Shown here in pieces: positions 61,977-64,000 of a stretch of 64,000 nt of DNA. The stretch's first letter is position 1; every line of letters begins with the position of its first letter. Both the position numbers and the translations under genes were made by a program. Where the stretch lies: NCBI GenBank assembly GCA_963711565.1, contig CAVQEQ010000003.1, forward strand, positions 317,411 to 381,410, read 5' to 3'. This DNA is from an uncultured delta proteobacterium. Its GTDB lineage: Bacteria; Desulfobacterota; Binatia; Binatales; Binataceae. Below the pieces are notes generated by a model. The model was not told where the DNA came from. It did no database searches and worked only from the letters and a program-made list of their open reading frames with translations.

Positions 61977-63638
61977 TTAAACACTGATACGGGTGAGCTT
62001 TCTCATCGAAATTCTGTAGTCGTACCAAGCTCTCGTAACTACGATACACGAAAACAATCCGGTCAGCACTCCGACGCATAGAGTGACGGCAAAGCCCTTC
62101 ACCGGTCCCGTTCCGAACTGAAACAGGATCAGCCCCGCCGCGAAGGTCGAAATATTCGAGTCGCGAATCGCCGACCACGCGCGTTCGTAGCCGAGCTTCA
62201 CCGCCTCGCGCGGCGACTTGCCGTTGCGCAACTCCTCGCGCATGCGCTCGTTCACCAGCACGTTGGCGTCAACCGACATGCCGAGCGTCAGCACGATCCC
62301 GGCGATACCCGGCAACGTGAGCGTCGCGCCGAGCGCGGCCATCACGCAGATCAGGAGCAGGATGTTCAGCGACAACCCGAAGTCCGCGAGCAGACCGGCG
62401 CCGCTGTAGTACAACGCCATGAAGATCAGCACGGCGCCCGCGCCAATCACGAATGACAGCTCGCCCTGGCGAATCGAGTCGCGCCCAAGCGACGGGCCGA
62501 CCGTGCGCTCCTCTTCGATTTCGACCGGCGCCGGCAGCGCGCCCGAGCGCAGCACAATCGCGAGATCGTGCGCCTCGTCCATCGAGAAGCGTCCCGTTAT
62601 CTGCACGTGACCGCCGGGGATTCGTTCCTTGATGACCGGCGCCGAGTAAACGGTGTTGTCCAGCACGATCGCGAGGCGCCGCCCGACGTTCTCCGACGTC
62701 ATCGCGTCGAAGATGTCCGCGCCGCGATTGTCGAGTTCGACGGCGACGTACGGACCCTCGAGCCGCGCGCCGGGACGCACGCGCGCGTCGGTGACAACGT
62801 CCCCCGTCATCAGCACCGGCGATTCGACCAGATACGGCTCGCGACCGCCGGTCTCCGAGGTGCCATACAGGATTTCATCACCCGGCGGCGGACCATTTTT
62901 GATCGCGTCCTGCACGTTATTAGTGTCGTCAACCAGCTTGAATTCGAGCACCGCGGTCTTGCCGATCAGCTCCTTGGCGCGCTCGGGGTCCTGGATGCCG
63001 GGAAGCTGCACCAGGATTTCGTCCTCACCCTCTTTGGCGACGGTAGTTTCGCGCACGCCGAGCTGATCGATTCGATTGCGAATCGTCTCCAGCGCCTGGT
63101 CCATCGCGTTGGATCGAATCGTCTGCAATTCCTGCGGCTTGTACGCCAGCGAATACACCGGACCGATGCTGGACGAGTCGGTGTTGCTCGACACGGTCAA
63201 ATCCGCGAACGATTTATCCACGAGATCGAGGAACGCCGAGCGGTCGGCGCTGGACTTGAGCTTGACGCTCATATTGCCGGAGGCGTCGATCGAGACGTCG
63301 CCGTCTATCTTGTTGTCCTTGAGCTCTTTCTTGAGGTCGTCGGCGCGGCGACCCAGCTGCGTTTTGACCGCGTCGTCGAGCTTCACCGCCATCAGCAGGT
63401 GCGTCCCGCCTTGCAAGTCTAGGCCCAGCTGGATTTTGGTCGAGCCGAATCCAGCCTTGAACCAATCGGGCAGATCGATGTTGAGGCTCGGCAGCAGGAT
63501 AAGAATCGCCGCGACCACGATCGCGCCGGCGATGTAGATGCGCGTCAGGCCGCTGCCGTTGGTGAAATGCATGTAGAGAAAGGACACGATCAGCACGAGC
63601 AGAATCAGGATCGGTCCGAAACTTTGCGTCTGGTCCAC
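61977..63638 (-). CDS. secD: protein translocase subunit SecD
   Basis: SecD periplasmic domain plus a six-TM C-terminal bundle. Confidence 0.9.
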   Translation of the reverse strand: MDQTQSFGPILILLVLIVSFLYMHFTNGSGLTRIYIAGAIVVAAILILLPSLNIDLPDWFKAGFGSTKIQLGLDLQGGTHLLMAVKLDDAVKTQLGRRADDLKKELKDNKIDGDVSIDASGNMSVKLKSSADRSAFLDLVDKSFADLTVSSNTDSSSIGPVYSLAYKPQELQTIRSNAMDQALETIRNRIDQLGVRETTVAKEGEDEILVQLPGIQDPERAKELIGKTAVLEFKLVDDTNNVQDAIKNGPPPGDEILYGTSETGGREPYLVESPVLMTGDVVTDARVRPGARLEGPYVAVELDNRGADIFDAMTSENVGRRLAIVLDNTVYSAPVIKERIPGGHVQITGRFSMDEAHDLAIVLRSGALPAPVEIEEERTVGPSLGRDSIRQGELSFVIGAGAVLIFMALYYSGAGLLADFGLSLNILLLICVMAALGATLTLPGIAGIVLTLGMSVDANVLVNERMREELRNGKSPREAVKLGYERAWSAIRDSNISTFAAGLILFQFGTGPVKGFAVTLCVGVLTGLFSCIVVTRAWYDYRISMRKLTRISV

Positions 63639-63651
63639 TATGATGAAGCCT

Positions 63652-63936
63652 CTACTTGTCTTCTTTTTTCGCCGTCGCCTTGTAATTCGAGATCGACGCG
63701 ACTTGCGAGCGCTCGACCTTCAGCCTGACGTTGGGCGCGACTTCGAGTGTGATCACCTTGTCGCCAACGTCCTGGATCCGCCCGATGATGCCGCCGGTCG
63801 TCACAACCTCGTCGTTACGCTTGAGCCCGCTCAGCATCTTGGCCTGCTCCTGCGCCTTCTTGTTCTGCGGCCGGAAGACCAGGAAGTACATGACGGCGAC
63901 GACCAGCGCCATGATCGGCCCAGGTCCCGTCATCAA
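63652..63936 (-). CDS. yajC: preprotein translocase subunit YajC
   Basis: Single TM helix and the conserved YajC core. Confidence 0.9.
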   Translation of the reverse strand: MMTGPGPIMALVVAVMYFLVFRPQNKKAQEQAKMLSGLKRNDEVVTTGGIIGRIQDVGDKVITLEVAPNVRLKVERSQVASISNYKATAKKEDK

Positions 63937-64000
63937 CTGCTGGACAAACGACGGCGCGTCGGCTGGATTGGCGGCGGCGGCCTGCGCCCATGCGGTACCT

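Overview
High-GC (~63%) bacterial chromosomal segment. An Acidobacteriota-like origin is inferred from gene content (choice-of-anchor-D surface proteins, S53 peptidases) and is low-confidence.

Content in order:
- A partial LLM flavin oxidoreductase, an alpha/beta hydrolase and a GST.
- A complete aa3-type haem-copper oxidase locus on the minus strand, running 10252→3179: coxB, ctaD(coxA), ctaA, ctaB, an unannotated 45-aa TM ORF, a subunit III paralogue, a small CxxC membrane protein, coxC, coxD(IV) and DUF420.
- A fadD-like acyl-CoA synthetase.
- An HExxH protein gene bracketed by inverted copies of an intergenic repeat.
- greA, a stand-alone Lrp/AsnC RAM-domain protein, hbd and a vapBC pair.
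- A Fur-box-controlled FTR1 iron permease.
- A polyferredoxin.
- A ~3.3-kb low-GC island carrying an acyltransferase-3 and a frameshifted fatty-acid desaturase.
- A FUSC–HlyD–MFS(EmrB) efflux operon.
- Transketolase, a beta-carbonic anhydrase and an aldo/keto reductase.
- A PQQ-like propeller surface protein.
- plsC, then a TetR–P450–carboxylesterase group.
- A bc-type module: split cytochrome b (b6-like plus SUIV-like), an octahaem c-type cytochrome with a coiled-coil N-terminus, and a cupredoxin. No Rieske gene is adjacent.
- Two tandem giant sedolisin (S53)–Big_1–NHL-propeller–choice-of-anchor-D proteins. Each is frameshifted at a different place and they share a near-identical ~380-bp 3' end.
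- A Gloeo_Verruco-like repeat protein with three choice-of-anchor-D domains, and a divergent LuxR-type regulator.
- A serine hydrolase, a SAM methyltransferase, an HTH protein, secD and yajC.

Two intergenic hairpin-repeat families (REP-like) recur at gene 3' ends. No rRNA, tRNA or CRISPR could be supported.
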